Assembly: GCA_951406725.2 (NCBI GenBank)
Contig: OX597815.1
Location: 111,166,001 to 111,230,000 of the forward strand
Origin: Octopus vulgaris
Lineage: Eukaryota
Length of the DNA: 64,000 bases
Direction of reading: 5' to 3'
Shown here piece after piece: positions 13,776 to 26,851 of the stretch. The notes beneath the pieces were generated by a model. The model searched no databases. It saw only the letters and a list, made by a program, of their open reading frames with translations, and was not told the DNA's origin. Both the position numbers and the translations under genes were made by a program. Position 1 is the stretch's first letter; each line of letters starts with the position of its first letter.

Positions 13776-14050
13776 GGAAAGAGAGCGAGAGAGCGAGAAA
13801 AGAAAAACCAAGTACTTGTCGGTTGTTAATGTTAGGGAAAATCGTGTATATTGTTACAAAATTATTATATAGTGTAGTCATGCTGTTTAGAGAATATTCT
13901 CCGAAGTTTTACACGGTGTGTTCAGGAAATGAAAACAAAGTTTACCTTCGTCTTAATGGCATCAGAGTTTTTATGCAGTTCCCCACTCTCTTTCACCTTT
14001 TCTGCATCGATATATTTTTATATACTTAATGTTTCTATTCGTATATATAG

Positions 14051-14106
<56 letters not shown>

Positions 14107-14121
14107 TTATATATATACATG

Positions 14122-15650
14122 TATAATGTTAATTCAAATTTCAAATAACTCTGGGGCTTCCATTTCCTTACCTTTATCTCACTCCTTCGCTCCATTGTTA
14201 AAGGAGTAAGAAAAAATAGAAACTACATAGCGTCCACGAGATTATCGCTCAGATGCAGATGCACTCTGCCTCGACAGCAGATTGCATTCCCAGAATACAG
14301 AATGATACCCTTTAGTGAACATATTGAGAAATGCGCAAAGCAACTGCTACCACAATTTATAATCTTTCCATTCTATCAATGTGCCATTGGAATACCAACA
14401 CAAGTTTGAGTAAATAAAGAAACCTTCTTAATTGAAGAATATAAGCCGAAACGTAACCATTTCTAACATTTTTAAATAAGGAAACTCACCTCATTGAAAA
14501 AATATAAAGCAAAACCTGATCACTTGTAACATTCTATTCCTTCTAAACCAAATAATGTTAAATTAATTAAACCTAGTCATTCCCAACATTTTTTATTATC
14601 TCCCTTATACCGGAAAAAAACCCTGATTACCTTCTCCTGCCTGGAAATACATATTTAACAACATAGCGAAGACATGACACGATATAGGTAAAGATATTTG
14701 AGAAATTTGAAAAGAAAATACGAAACCGGTTATTTCTCCAAAAACTATGTTTCTATACGCAAAATTTGAAAGGATGAAAGGCAAAGTCATCTCCGGTGGC
14801 ATTTGAACCTAATGTCGAAAGAATTGCCGCCAAGCATTTTCCGGCGTGACTACGATTCTACCAACTCACTACCGTCATCATGTTATATATTACCTGTTTA
14901 TGTTGTTCTTTTTATAAACAATATGTATGTACTCTGTAACAACACAAATATTAAGAAATGTATAAAGGGTTTTCACATAATAAATTTGTCTGGGGACTGT
15001 TCTTGCTGGCACCTACAGTTGCTTTGGAGTAAGAGACGAAGAGAGAGAGAGAGAGAGATCGTTAAGAAATAGAAGAGGGAAAGAGCTGCTTCAAGGTTTA
15101 TACATTTTTTATTATAATAGTTCTTCGTCTGATGAGTGAGAGAGCATATGAACTAATGTTTTCAGATAATTCATCTTTTTCTTCTTTAGCGTTCTTGTTG
15201 TTGTAAATAGCACCATTCGCTCTTCTTATGGGCTCCTCAGTACAACATAATATGGGATCATGAAATTAGTTGGTCTATTCTCATTTAAAACCTTTAGGAA
15301 TTATGTACGATTGGTTTCTGTTTCTATTTTTTTCTTACTCCCTTAACAGTGGAGCAAAGGAGTGAAGAGATATAGGCAAGGAAATGGAAGCCCCCGAGTC
15401 ATTTGAAATTTAAATTAACATTATACTTAGGCATGATCGATATTTTCTATTTTGTCTACTTTTAACAGTGGAGGACGGGTGACGAGGGAAAGAAAAGAGT
15501 TTTTGTGATAGGAAGAGGAAAAGTTTCTTACGTGTTTAGGCTTTCGTTCTGGGAGTTTTAGAAGGGTTTTGTGTTATTTCTCTCCCTTTTCCCTCCTTGC
15601 CTTGTTTGATAGTTTTTCATGTATAAATTATTTGCCTTACAGGTAAATAT
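14122..15650 (+). mobile_element. 5'-truncated Penelope-like element with an inverted pseudo-LTR
   Basis: GIY-YIG C-terminal part LSLRCRCTLPRQQIAFPEYRMIPFSEHIEKC..FIIFPFYQ..KETFLIEEYKP (14240-14460); ~105-bp inverted repeat 14122-14225 vs 15319-15425; degenerate ctgatgag at 15129. Confidence 0.75.
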
Positions 15651-15988
15651 TTTATAAATGATGATATGCAATGCAATACGTTTTAATTCAGCAATGCAAT
15701 ACGTTTTTGTAATTTGCTGACATGAAATTCTGCACCAACATAATTGGATGTATGGTATTGCTCCTTTTTTTGATAAACATCATATACTTCATCAAATGAT
15801 TTGTATATCATATATTTAATCAAAGGAATTATATATTTATTGCTCTATTAGCAGTAGCAGAAAAACTTTAAATCTAAATTAGATGTAAACATAAAAAGTG
15901 AAGTTAGATATTTAAAAGATGAGGAATTATGTACAGTATTTACATTATTTACATTTGACGGATATCTGTCTTCATCTTGTTTTTCGTT

Positions 15989-16034
15989 AACATAACGTTT
16001 CGGCTAATATACCCTCAAGCCTTCATCGGGTATC
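15989..16034 (-). ncRNA. Minimal type I hammerhead ribozyme-like motif (U4C variant)
   Basis: Reverse complement gatac-CCGATGA-a-ggct..agcc-GAAAC-GTT-atgtt. Confidence 0.6.
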
Positions 16035-16097
16035 TTGAGGAAATTTCGAACCTAGGTTCTCATTCCTGAAGTATTTTTTCGATATTATTATTATTAT

Positions 16098-16650
16098 TGA
16101 GTGAGAGAGCAGTTCATGCCATCAAAGTGACACTGGGGTAAAATATACGAAGCCCAATATACCCATCATGACTACCCGTCTGATAAGGGTACACCAGGCA
16201 CATGCATCACAACCATATGTGCGCGACATGGTGATCTCATATCAAGATAAACAGCTCATGACCTTGCAGGTGGGGCCCAGTTAGAATTTTCTTCAGTTTG
16301 AGTAGCCCATCCCGCTCAAACGGTCCCTGAATAAGGGTTGTTTAAGGATGTTGAAAGAACCACCCATGTTTCCAGAGGTGAACTATTCAAACCCCAAAGA
16401 ATCCCTCTCAACGCATAGCTATGATGCTCCCCACTACTTCTGCTCATGATCAGAGATGCACATATCGTCAGCCACTAAGGGACATGCTCAACTGGTTAAG
16501 GTCAAACAACTGACAAGCAAATCTGTGGTATTGAGCCGAATATTTGCTGTAGCCCATCTTTTATACCAAGACAAAACAATATACATGATAACACTTCCAA
16601 TCAGTTAAGATCAGAAGCCATGAGAGCCACTACTGGTACTGCATCAGGGC

Positions 16651-16655
<5 letters not shown>
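16098..16655. mobile_element. ~550-bp non-autonomous retroposon (family D) nested in (ATT)n
   Basis: Same sequence at 19626-20200 and, inverted and partial, at 32235-32566; all copies abut ATT/AAT-type repeats. Confidence 0.85.
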
Positions 16656-16696
<41 letters not shown>

Positions 16697-16917
16697 ATCA
16701 CTGCCTGGAATTCTCGGAATCTTGGGGTTAAGAGCGCGGGCAACTAACTCCAAGATCCCGAGTTCGATTCCAGGCAGTGATCTGAATAATAATAATAATA
16801 ATGAATAATAATAATAATAATAATAATAACAACAACAACAACCACCACCACCACCAACAACAACAACAGCATCGAAAATACCTTGGGAATGAGAACCCAA
16901 GTTCGAAATTTCCCCAA

Positions 16918-16963
16918 GACACCCGAAGAAGGCTGGAGGGTATGTCAGCCGAAACGTTGTGTT
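16918..16963 (+). ncRNA. Minimal type I hammerhead ribozyme-like motif (U4C variant)
   Basis: Stem I gacac/gtgtt; core CCGAAGA 16923-16929; stem II ggctg/cagcc; GAAAC 16951-16955; GUU site; palindromic AACGTT stem III. Confidence 0.7.
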
Positions 16964-18552
16964 AAGTACAAACAAGATGAGGGCAAATATCCGTCGATTC
17001 TAAATAATGTAAATAATGTATAAAAAGTGAAGTTTCAGAAATATCTGGCGATAAATAATAGCAATCTCAGTCAGTTTTATTCACCTGTTATTCTACTCAT
17101 TCGGTAATTTCAGCTTAATGGATAGCCTGGAGTTACTCTGAGTATGTCACTAACTCCTGTAGCCTTAATATAATCTTCAGACAGAATTAAACCTTGACTG
17201 CTTGAAAAGGATGTCATTTTGAATTACCGGTATTTAGCTTTGCGATGGCAGCTACAGAGATATTTCATTCTTCAGTGAAGCTAACTTTAACGATAAATCA
17301 CATATAGGATTTTGAGAGAACTTGTGTATGACATTAAGAAGGAAATCTCTGATTGGATAAGAATTATCAAGGACAAGTGCAACATGCTCTTTCTACTGAA
17401 TATCAATGTTAGTTATTTAAATTGACACATATAATACATATTAACGATTGACTCTCAGTGGATTAATTTTTTTTGATTGATAAAATGGTAAGGCAATAAG
17501 GAATTTGAAAGCTAATTCCACAAAAGCATTTCTGAAGACACAATTCAGTGATGGATGTAAAATCAAAGAAATTTCTTTGATCTTACACCAAGCAACAAGC
17601 AGCAAATTTCAAAGTTCGAAAAAGACAAACTTTTAAATGTTCACACTTGAAGCTTAGTATCATGTGAAGTTCAACACATTATATTAAACGAATGAAAGGT
17701 GACCTTGTCATTGTATCTAATGAAATTTCGAGAATAGATTTCACACCACGTATAAATTCAAAAAGGAAACCTACTCAAATGAGAACAAAAAACTTTACTT
17801 TTTGGCACATTCACACTATCCTTAAATCATTAACCTATTTCATTATAATTCAGTCTATCAAAGACATGTAAAGCATAATTAAAATTACTCAGAAGAGCAT
17901 TACATGTTAAAAAGTTAGCGATTCCTTAAAGGAATCATTCACGTGTTATAATTAACAAGAGAACTAAACTTGTCAGAACTGAAACTTACTACGAATCACT
18001 GAAATTAAATTTCAAATCAGTATGATTTGTTTTATTCTTCTCATTTACAAAACAATTAAAAATGATCAAATTTCATGAGAATAGAAAAGTTCGCCAGAAA
18101 CATGTATATTTTAGGATCTACATTATATATAAATACACACACACACACACGCACGCACAGGCACACACATATATATACACATATATATATATATAGCCAT
18201 ATTCAGATGGCTTTATCCCTTATGTTATCGAGCAGTACACACAACAGATATATATTTTGCAAAATATATATCCTGCATATATACCACACGCCGATGATAT
18301 ATTGAAACCATGTCCGTGTGTGTTTCCGCTTCATATACCTCCTTTGCAGGTAAGGGCACCGTGACGGTGTCGAGCCTTTCTGGTGACGTCGATGTTCGCC
18401 TGGGGCTAAATGCAACAGTAACACCCCCACCACCCTGCCCTGTCCTATATATTCAGATGGCTTTAGTCCTTATGTTATATATTATATATATATATATATA
18501 TATACATACATACACATGCTGACGTGCGCGCGCACACACACACACACACACA

Positions 18553-18599
<47 letters not shown>

Positions 18600-19084
18600 G
18601 TGGGCACTCACGCTAGTGCTATCTTAGAATTTGCTCACTGGTAATATATATTTTAGGAGCCATTTCTTCTCAATTTTTTACATGCTAGTGTCAATGTTTT
18701 TATCTATATGCATTTTCTAGTAGAATACTTCTACTTACTATTCTTGAACAGAAATTCTCACACAACGTCTTCCATGCATTGAGAGCGAGCAAATCTTTTT
18801 TCTATCTTATAGTGACATATTTTAAGGAAGATTAATTTGACTCCTGAAAACCAGTGTAAATTATACGCTATCATTTCACACGAGACATACATAAACGACT
18901 CACTCCTTGAATTGCAAGCGGAATTAATAATTTGAAATTGAGACTTTGCGCCACAAGGTGAAATGAAAGTGAAATGTGAGAAGAGTCGGAGTTAAGCCTT
19001 CTTTCGAAAAGTAAGATCTGCTGCAGATGTTTATTTCACATTTAAGAAATAGTTTATGATAAAGACACAAATGATTTTACAACT

Positions 19085-19170
19085 TTCCGCAAGCCAATGC
19101 CTTGTTCATCTATATACTTTCTTTTGTCATTAGTGCTTAAGCGCCAAAGCTTATGGGAGACACATTTCTT
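19085..19170 (-). pseudogene. Possible pPolB C-terminal fragment
   Basis: LAL-STNDKRKYIDE vs recalled consensus K.ALS..DDKR. Confidence 0.3.
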
Positions 19171-19249
19171 TCCCTTTCTTTTCTATTATGAGACGAGTGT
19201 AGATCTATAATACATCCTTTCATTGGGCACTTGGATCGTGCAGCATTTC

Positions 19250-19612
19250 TGTATTTGTGTTTTCCGCTTAAGATCACAGTTCAATCAGCACCAAGGTCAA
19301 TTTCACTTTTTATCCTTTCAGGTAGATTAAAATAACCTCATAGTTAAGTTGTAGTGTGGATATAACCTACTAACCACTTCTCACAAAAATGCTGGCCTTG
19401 TGCCTAAATTAGAGACAAATCCACGTTTTCTTATTACGATTATTACCTATTTCGTCCGACTTTACGTTCTGAGTTCAAATGCCGCCGGGGTCCACTTTGC
19501 CTTTTATCCTTTCGGGTGTTGATAAAAATAAGTACCAGTCGAACACTAGGTTGATGTAATCGACTTATGTCTTCCCCCAAGCTGCTTTAGCGACAAAAAT
19601 TTGAAATAATAA
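19250..19612 (+). mobile_element. Two short tRNA-derived SINEs (family B)
   Basis: gttctgagttcaaatgccgcc..tttatcctttc..aagtaccag; related copies at 14760-14880, 25510-25710, 44895-45560 and 55390-55600. Confidence 0.75.
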
Positions 19613-19625
19613 TTATTTTTATTAA

Positions 19626-20200
19626 ATGAGAGAGTGCAGTGCATGCCATCAAAGTGACACCGGGGTGAAATATACGAAGCCCAGTATACCCATCCTGACT
19701 ACACGTCTAATAAAGGTAGACTAGGCACATGCATCACAATCATATGTGCGAAAAATGGTGATCACATATATAAAACAAAACAGCGTATGACCTTGCAAGT
19801 GGGCCCCAATTAGAATTTTCTTTAGGTCAAGTAGTCCATACCGCACAAAAGGTCTCTGAATAAGGATTGTCAAGGATGATGAAGCAAAACCCCCATGTTT
19901 CCAGAGGTGAATTATCCAAAATCCAAAGAATTCCTCTCAACATATGTCTATGATGCTCCCCGATTACTTCTGCATGTGATCAGATATGTACATATCATCA
20001 GCTACCAAGGGACACACTCAGCTGGTTATGGTCAAGCAATTGACAAGCTAAACTGTTGTATTGAACAGAATATTTGCGGTAGCCCATCAAGAAAAAACAA
20101 TGTACCTGATAACACTTCTAATCAGTGAAAATCATAAAGCACGAGAGCCACTGTCTGGTACTGCGCCAGGGCATAGCCACTATCTGGTACTGTATCAGGG
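19626..20200. mobile_element. Family D retroposon copy
   Basis: Aligns by eye with 16098-16655. Confidence 0.85.
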
Positions 20201-20204
20201 ATTT

Positions 20205-20226
20205 TATTATTATTATTACTATTATT

Positions 20227-20259
<33 letters not shown>

Positions 20260-20263
20260 ATTA

Positions 20264-20340
<77 letters not shown>

Positions 20341-20341
20341 C
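20205..20341. repeat. (TTA)n/(TTG)n microsatellite
   Basis: Seen directly. Confidence 0.97.
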
Positions 20342-21596
20342 ATTTCTCTTTATCACAGATTTTGTTGGAGCTCCTAGAGTCCTGCATACGTGACGGGATT
20401 GCTACGTGCAGCCTACGGTACCATGCTGTCCGTTCTTTTCGGCTATCTAATATTTTCCTGATTATTCTGGCCATGCTAACAAGACAAAACTTTGGTAACA
20501 ATTCTACTGGGTACTCTATTTCAATTTAATTTATAGTCTCAATGATGCCTTTTATGTATCGTTCCCAAGGACCCAACAATAATTCGCACTCTCTTTACCT
20601 TCTTCATTTTCATAGCCGGGCTATTTCGTACTAAAGAGCGTTGTATTTATCAAACTTTTCACCTTTCTTCTTAACTATTCGTGGGTTAAAGGGGCATGCA
20701 ACATCAACTATATAGCATATGTGGTGCACCTTTTCCACTACCACTAGGCCCGGTCTGTTATGCATTAACACGTCATCTATTTGGATTGGGAAATCCCAAA
20801 TTTTGGAAGTCTACGACTCCGCCATTCTCGGAGGTTTGTACTCATACCACATCTTGCCTCTCTCTAGCCCCACTTTCGCACAGTTTTCAGTGAAGCATTT
20901 TCGCTACCTGATCGTGTTGTCACAACTTGTAGTAGTTCTGGGCAAGTCTAGGGCATTCGTTAATGATATGGGCACTGGTTTCATCCACTCTGTTGCAGAT
21001 GCGGCACAGTGAAGACACTTGCTCATTCATCAGGTTGACCCTCCATTTCGTGACCACAGTTTGCTCTCGGTCTCTTTTCTTAGTGTACATTTCATCAACC
21101 AATCCTACCTATGTTTTCCTGCAACTTCTGTTGTGGCTAGATGGAATGATTGTGTAGTCCCTTCTTGCGTAATTATACTTCATGTCATTTTGTAATTCTT
21201 CCTTTGCTTTCCCTATTCTTTCTGCTTTCATTTCTCCCTCTTTCCTGTCTCTAGCAAGGTTTCCTTACTTTGGGCTAGGTATCTCACTGAACTCTCAAGT
21301 TCGATACACACGCAATCTTCCACACTTATCAGTCCCCTTCCTCCGTTTGCGAGACGATCAGTGTCTCCACGTAAATGTTGGGCTCCATGTACCGTAAGGA
21401 GCTTTCTTGACTTCCTGTCCAGCTCCTTTAGCTCCTCCTCTGGTCACTTTAGGATTCCAGCGCCATACCGAACTACTGCAACTGCGCACGAGTTTATTGC
21501 TGAAATAATGTTTCTGGTTTTCAGCTTTGAAGCCAATATTTTTCTCATATGCCGCAAGTACTCTCATTTTGTCTTTTCCTTCATGTCGTTATCAGC
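20342..21596 (-). mobile_element. R4/Dong-type LINE 3' fragment (CCHC and REL endonuclease)
   Basis: CRICNRVDETSAHIINECPRLAQ, HNRP..VVVE, IVDVACP, IIVGSLG; 3' end abuts (TAA)n. Confidence 0.85.
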
Positions 21597-21748
21597 CTTC
21601 TTCTTCTTCTTCTTCTTCTTCTTCTTCTTCTTCTTCTTCTTCTTCTTCTTCTTCTTCTTCTTCTTCTCCTCCTCCTCCTGCTCCTCCTCCTCCTCCTCCT
21701 TCTTCTTCTTCTTCTTCTTCTTCTTCTTCTTCTTCTTCTTCTTCTTCT
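21597..21748. repeat. (TTC)n/(TCC)n microsatellite
   Basis: Seen directly. Confidence 0.97.
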
Positions 21749-21789
21749 ACGTCTTCTATGAAAACTCACAGCTTATTTTACTGAATATG

Positions 21790-24080
21790 ATAGAAGGACA
21801 GCTGTCCACAGACAGCAGACTAAGATAACACTTGTTTATTGATCATCCTTCAAAAACCATACGAAGATTTCTTGCAGTTCCAAGCAATGCTGATTTTTGT
21901 AGGTGTTCTACCTTCACACTTGCACTGATCTTTTTCAACCATGTTGGTAGCTGAGTGCTGACACTTCCAAGTGTACAAATACTATTCGTATCACGTTTAC
22001 TCTCTTCATTGACCACAACCATCGTATTTCCCACTTCAAATCGTCATAGTTATACTCTTTTATTTGTTTCAATCATTTGACTGCGGCCATGATGGAGCAC
22101 CACCCTTTGTCGAGCAAATCGACCCCAGGATTTATTCTTTGTAAGCCTAGTACTTATTCTATCGTACACTTTTGACGAACCGCTAAGTTACAGGGACGTA
22201 AGCACACCAACATCGGTTGTCAAGCGATGTTGGGAGACAAACACAAACACACAAATATATACACACATATATACGACGAGCTTCTTTCAGTTTCCGTCTT
22301 CCAAATCCACTCACAAGGCTTTGGTTGGCCCGAGATTATAGCAGAAGACACTTGCCCAAGGTGCCACGCAGTGGGAATGAACCCTGGAACCATGTGGTTG
22401 GTAGGCAAGCTACTTACCACGCAGATACTCCTGCGTTGTTTATTTTTTCTAACCGCGGCATGGTATGTCGGTTATCATATATGTTCTTTCACTTTTAGTC
22501 ACCACAACGGTTTCCGTGTCCGGTTTCCGAAGTATGGTCGGGTGATTGCACTGGATCATTGCATCCTACAGGATTTTGCAATTCTCATTTTCGGTATCTC
22601 CTTCTGGAATTTTCTCATACCACTCGTTGCTCTTTGTAGGCCATGATTTCCGCAGAGCTCCCACTAGAGCATTCTTGCCACATTGTCGTGGAATCTGTTG
22701 TATTCGCATTGTGCCAATTTCGGGCATTCGCTAACGATGTGCCATACCGTTTCACTCCATCACCATGCATTGTGCATTCGTCGCTATCGGTAATGTTGTC
22801 TATTCTGCACTTTATATAGTTGGTCCTTAATGTTTGTTCCTGAGCATTTGAGTATTTTGGTCTCTATCTTCAGGCCATTCCTCTTCATCCATATCCACCA
22901 GTCCACTGTATCTGCCTTAGCGTTTACCTCTCTTGTAAACTGACTGTACATTTTCTTTTCTTTCATTGCTTTTTCATTTTGCTTTTTGTTCATTTCCTTC
23001 ATTAAGCAATTGTCAGTTTTGATGTCACCAGCCTTCTTCGTGTGTTACAACAGTGGCTCCACGGCATTTTCTATATAGCAAACTGAGCTGCTTTCCTTTG
23101 CTTCGGTGCAGTGCTGGCAACTGACGAAACCTTTCCCACCCTTTCTTCTGGTCAAGTACAGGCTATAGGGGTCACTCTTAGAGTGGAAGTTTCCATGTAC
23201 TGTCAACATTTTTCTGGTCTTGGTATCCATTTTCTTCACTTCTCTCTTTTGCCATTTTAGAATTCCCGCTCAATACCGAAGAGGTACAATTGCTTACGTA
23301 TTAACTGCTTGGATTCTATTTCATGCAATCAATGTTGGATGCAACACCAACCTCAGTCGTCGGAAATACTCCATCCACAGTTCCACTTTCATTTCCTTTA
23401 CCATTATCTCGTAGAAATTTAGTACACCAAGGCATTTGTATCCTTCCGTTTCAATTTGTTTAATCAAGTCTCTATATGGTACTTTTATCCCTGGTAGGGA
23501 CTGTACTTTGCCTCATTTTAGGTAGATTTTTTCACACTTCTTGAGTCCAAATTCCATTCTAATATCAGCAATAAAACAGTGGACATTGTTCACCAAGGAA
23601 CTCACTTGGGTCTCATCTTTGCCATACAGTTTCAAATCATCTATGAAGTGGAAGTGGTTGATTGTTTGGGATTTTCCCTTTAGTTGGTACCCAGGTAAAT
23701 TTTCCTAAGTTCCAAGGTCAGGGGTATCAAGCAGAGAATAAAAAACAACGGAGATAGGCTATCACCCTGGAAAATCCCTATTCTGATACACAGGGTGCCC
23801 AAACTTTTTCATAAGATATCAGTTCAGTTTTCCATCTCACCATACTTCTCTTCAGGAAACACGTTACATTCCTCGCAATTCCAAACAAATTTAATTACTC
23901 GATAATCCACGAATGTCGAATTCGGTCATAGTCAATCCAGGCCATTACCTGATTTGTTCACTTACTTTTCCAATCTTACCTTACCATTATATCTATCAAT
24001 TGTCGATCTTTGGTACCTCTGTATCTCCTTCAACAGCCTTTTTGTTTCGTCGGTAATAATATTGTTCTCATCAAGAAATT
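21790..24080 (-). mobile_element. R4/Dong-type LINE (decayed RT to REL), split by a SINE
   Basis: IFQGDSLSP (~23750), FIDDLKLYGKDE (~23630), KTRKMLTVHGNFHSKSD, LQKSALLGTARNLR (ORF 21843-22034). Confidence 0.9.
22050..22435 (-). mobile_element. SINE family A, near full length
   Basis: Antisense match to 5880-6262. Confidence 0.9.
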
Positions 24081-24081
24081 T

Positions 24082-25345
24082 TTACAGTTCTTCTGAATTC
24101 CTCCTGACAGTAACTTCCACATAAATAGGAAGTAGGAATTTGGTTTCTAATTGCCAGCAGCATTTCTTTTTCCCAAGGGACCTAATAATAATTGGTAATA
24201 TCTTCACTTTCTTCATTTTCCACCGCCGTGCTACTTTGTATTTTAGAAGAGAGTATACGTCTATTTTTTCGTCTTTTTTCTTGACTATTCCTGTGTCAAG
24301 GGGCCCGCATGGTTCATCTTCTCCACCACTGATTGTGCTGGTTGTGCTCAAGCACCTGGTCCATTTGAATTGGGAAACCCTACATGATTTTACTGTTCCC
24401 CAATTCAGCCACTCTCTGTGGTTTGTGTTCATACAACATCTTGCTTCTCTCTAACCCCCAAATTTCACAGTTTCCAATGCAACACTTTCGATACAGGATC
24501 ATGTCACCTCAACTTACATTAGTTTTGGGCTAGTCGAGAACATTTATTCACAACATGGTCAATAATTTCGTCATATCTATTGCAAATTCTGCACAATGGA
24601 GACGCTCATTTCTAAGGTTGACCCTCCATTTGCGACCAAAACTTCATCTCCTTTTTAAGTGTTCCTTTCTTTAACAAGCCCCACTTATATTCTATAGTAA
24701 CTTCAGGTGTTGCTTTATTGAAGTGATTGTGTAGCTCCCTTTTGAGTAGTGCCTCTTCATGTCCTTGTACTTCTTATATATTATTCTTTTCTTTATTCCT
24801 GCTTTAAATATGTCTTCATCCCTAACTGCATTTAATAAGGATTCATCATTGTTAGTTAGATATCTCAACAAGCTCCGATTTTCATGACGCACGCAGTCTT
24901 CCACATTTATCGATCTACTTCTTCCACCTGCTTTCTTCATATATAGACGACCAGTGCTTGTACGCAGATAATGCTCTCCATGAATGATTTGGAACGCTCT
25001 TATCTTCCGGTCCAACTTCTTTAGCTCATCCTCTGTCCACTTCTGAATTCCAGCTATATGCTGAACTTTGCAACTGCACACGCGTTTTTTTTACCTAAAT
25101 TGCGCTTCCGGCATTCTATTTCAATCTATCTTTCTCAATCACCGTAGATTCTCGCTCTTTGTCTTTTCGTTCATATCATCATGCTTAATACCAGATATCG
25201 GAATTATTCTCACGTATTTTTACGCGAATTCAGGTTCAATTGCCTTTGTCATTTCACTAATTGGTATACATATACCTGCTGTTTTGACAAGCATTTCCTT
25301 GTCTCATCACCACGTGTTGAAAGTTAAACTCAATTCTGACATCAT
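24082..25345 (-). mobile_element. R4/Dong-type LINE fragment
   Basis: WTEDELKKLDRKIR..RLYMKKAGG; ARRWKMKKVKILPIII.SLG. Confidence 0.8.
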
Positions 25346-25759
25346 TTGAGAAAATCCGCACAGAATGGACTAATCTGTACGATTCTGCGTCACACTTGCA
25401 CATGGTGCTACTCACTAGGATTTAGCCTCCATCTACATGGCTTCTGACCAAAGCACAGAACCTTACCTGTTGGTGTCTTAAGTCAGTATTATTGTTAATA
25501 TTATTCTCTGCGAGCTGACAAAATCATTAGCACGCCGGACAAAATGCTTAGCGGCATTTCGCTCGTCTTTACGTTCGGAGTTCAAATGCCACCGGAGTCG
25601 CCTTTCGTCCATTTTTCGGGTCGATGAAATAAGTTCATTTTGAACACTAGGAGCGATGCAATAGATTTACCCCCTCACCAAAATTGCTGTCCTTTGCCAA
25701 TATTTGAAATCATTATTATTCTCCGCTTTTTCAGTTTCAATGCATATATTCTTCAGTTA

Positions 25760-26806
25760 AAAATATTCTGCACTTATCGCTATTTGAATTCACTAATATT
25801 TAGAAGAGAAAAATCTAGTCAAAGACATTTACGATATCTTCGTATCTACTGGTTGGCAGCAATAATCGTAATTGGTTATTAAGATTAATGCGCAGTTTGA
25901 ATTCTTATTAGCTGAAAGGAAAATATTGACTATGCTGGTTTTCAAGATAGATGACCCGATGAATTATAAAGATGCAACACAGCGTTTTTATAGGGTATTG
26001 GGCAAAATGCAATATAGGTGAATAAAGACGATAAAATAAATAATGTACGATAAAGCCCATGTGGAGGTGATAACCAAATAGAAAAAGACGCATAAAATCA
26101 TTATAGATGCAATATAAGTGATATAAAAGATACTGCTGGGCGGTGGTTAATGAATGACTGCTTTTCAGAATTGGGGTGGGTGGGGGGATGCCACTAATAA
26201 TTATTGTGTTTGTTGTCAGAGTTTTTTCTGACACACATAAGTAATACACTAGCGTAGGTTCAATTACAGCTTTTATAACTCAGTTGGAGGAAGAGAGGAG
26301 TGCGATACTGGTATGGTATTTTTTAAGATGGATAAAACAAAGACTAGCTCGGACATATAAGGATTGGATTGTTGCAGATATAACTGAAAGTTGTTAAAGA
26401 ATAAAGGAGTTTTCGGTGTTAGATTCTTGAAACAAATCGAATTAGTATTTATTTGATTAGTATTTTTTTAATTAAATTCACGAAAAGAAAGAACAACTCG
26501 TTAATTATAGTGTTACTTTTGAGTCATATATTTCAACATGGGCTCGCGGCCACATATATTTATATTTGTATCCTAATGAGGTGAGATATAGATAACTAAA
26601 TCAACGAACATCAGCATTACAGAAAAAATACGTTGAACTTGCTGTATATAGTAATTGTGTTGTAAGAAGTTTTGCTTCTAAGCCACAAGGTCCTTTGTTC
26701 AATTCCAGTGTGTGAAACTTTCGGCAAGTGTCTTTCACTATAACTTCGGACCGACCAAAGTCTTGTGAGTGGATGTGGTAGACGGAACTGAAAGAAACCC
26801 GCCGAA

Positions 26807-26851
<45 letters not shown>

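Larger units (their letters stand above)
15906..17019. mobile_element. Fold-back pair of a tRNA-headed, hammerhead-bearing SINE with 15-bp TSD
   Basis: TSD ataaaaagtgaagtt at 15891-15905 and 17020-17034; inverted arms ~15935-16085 and 16871-17019; central palindrome 16692-16786 with B box gttcgattcc. Confidence 0.85.
15660..18125 (+). pseudogene. Decayed pPolB N-terminal half (endonuclease VII type), split by the 15906-17019 insertion
   Basis: GI-SFAM..RDISFFSEAN-LTINHI (~17228-17305), KCNMLFLL..THIIHIND, DLVIVS.E (17701; ExoI-like), HIH..SLTYFII, KFQISMICFI, RKVR..H (~18082). Confidence 0.55.

Noticed and set aside
17200-17460. hAT transposase-like reading
   Set aside because: Weak; the pPolB N-terminal motifs explain a longer stretch in the correct order.
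18335-18356. tttgcag|gtaagg recursive-splice-like site (also ttacag|gtaaat at ~15640)
   Set aside because: Both lie in repeat-derived DNA and no host gene is evident.
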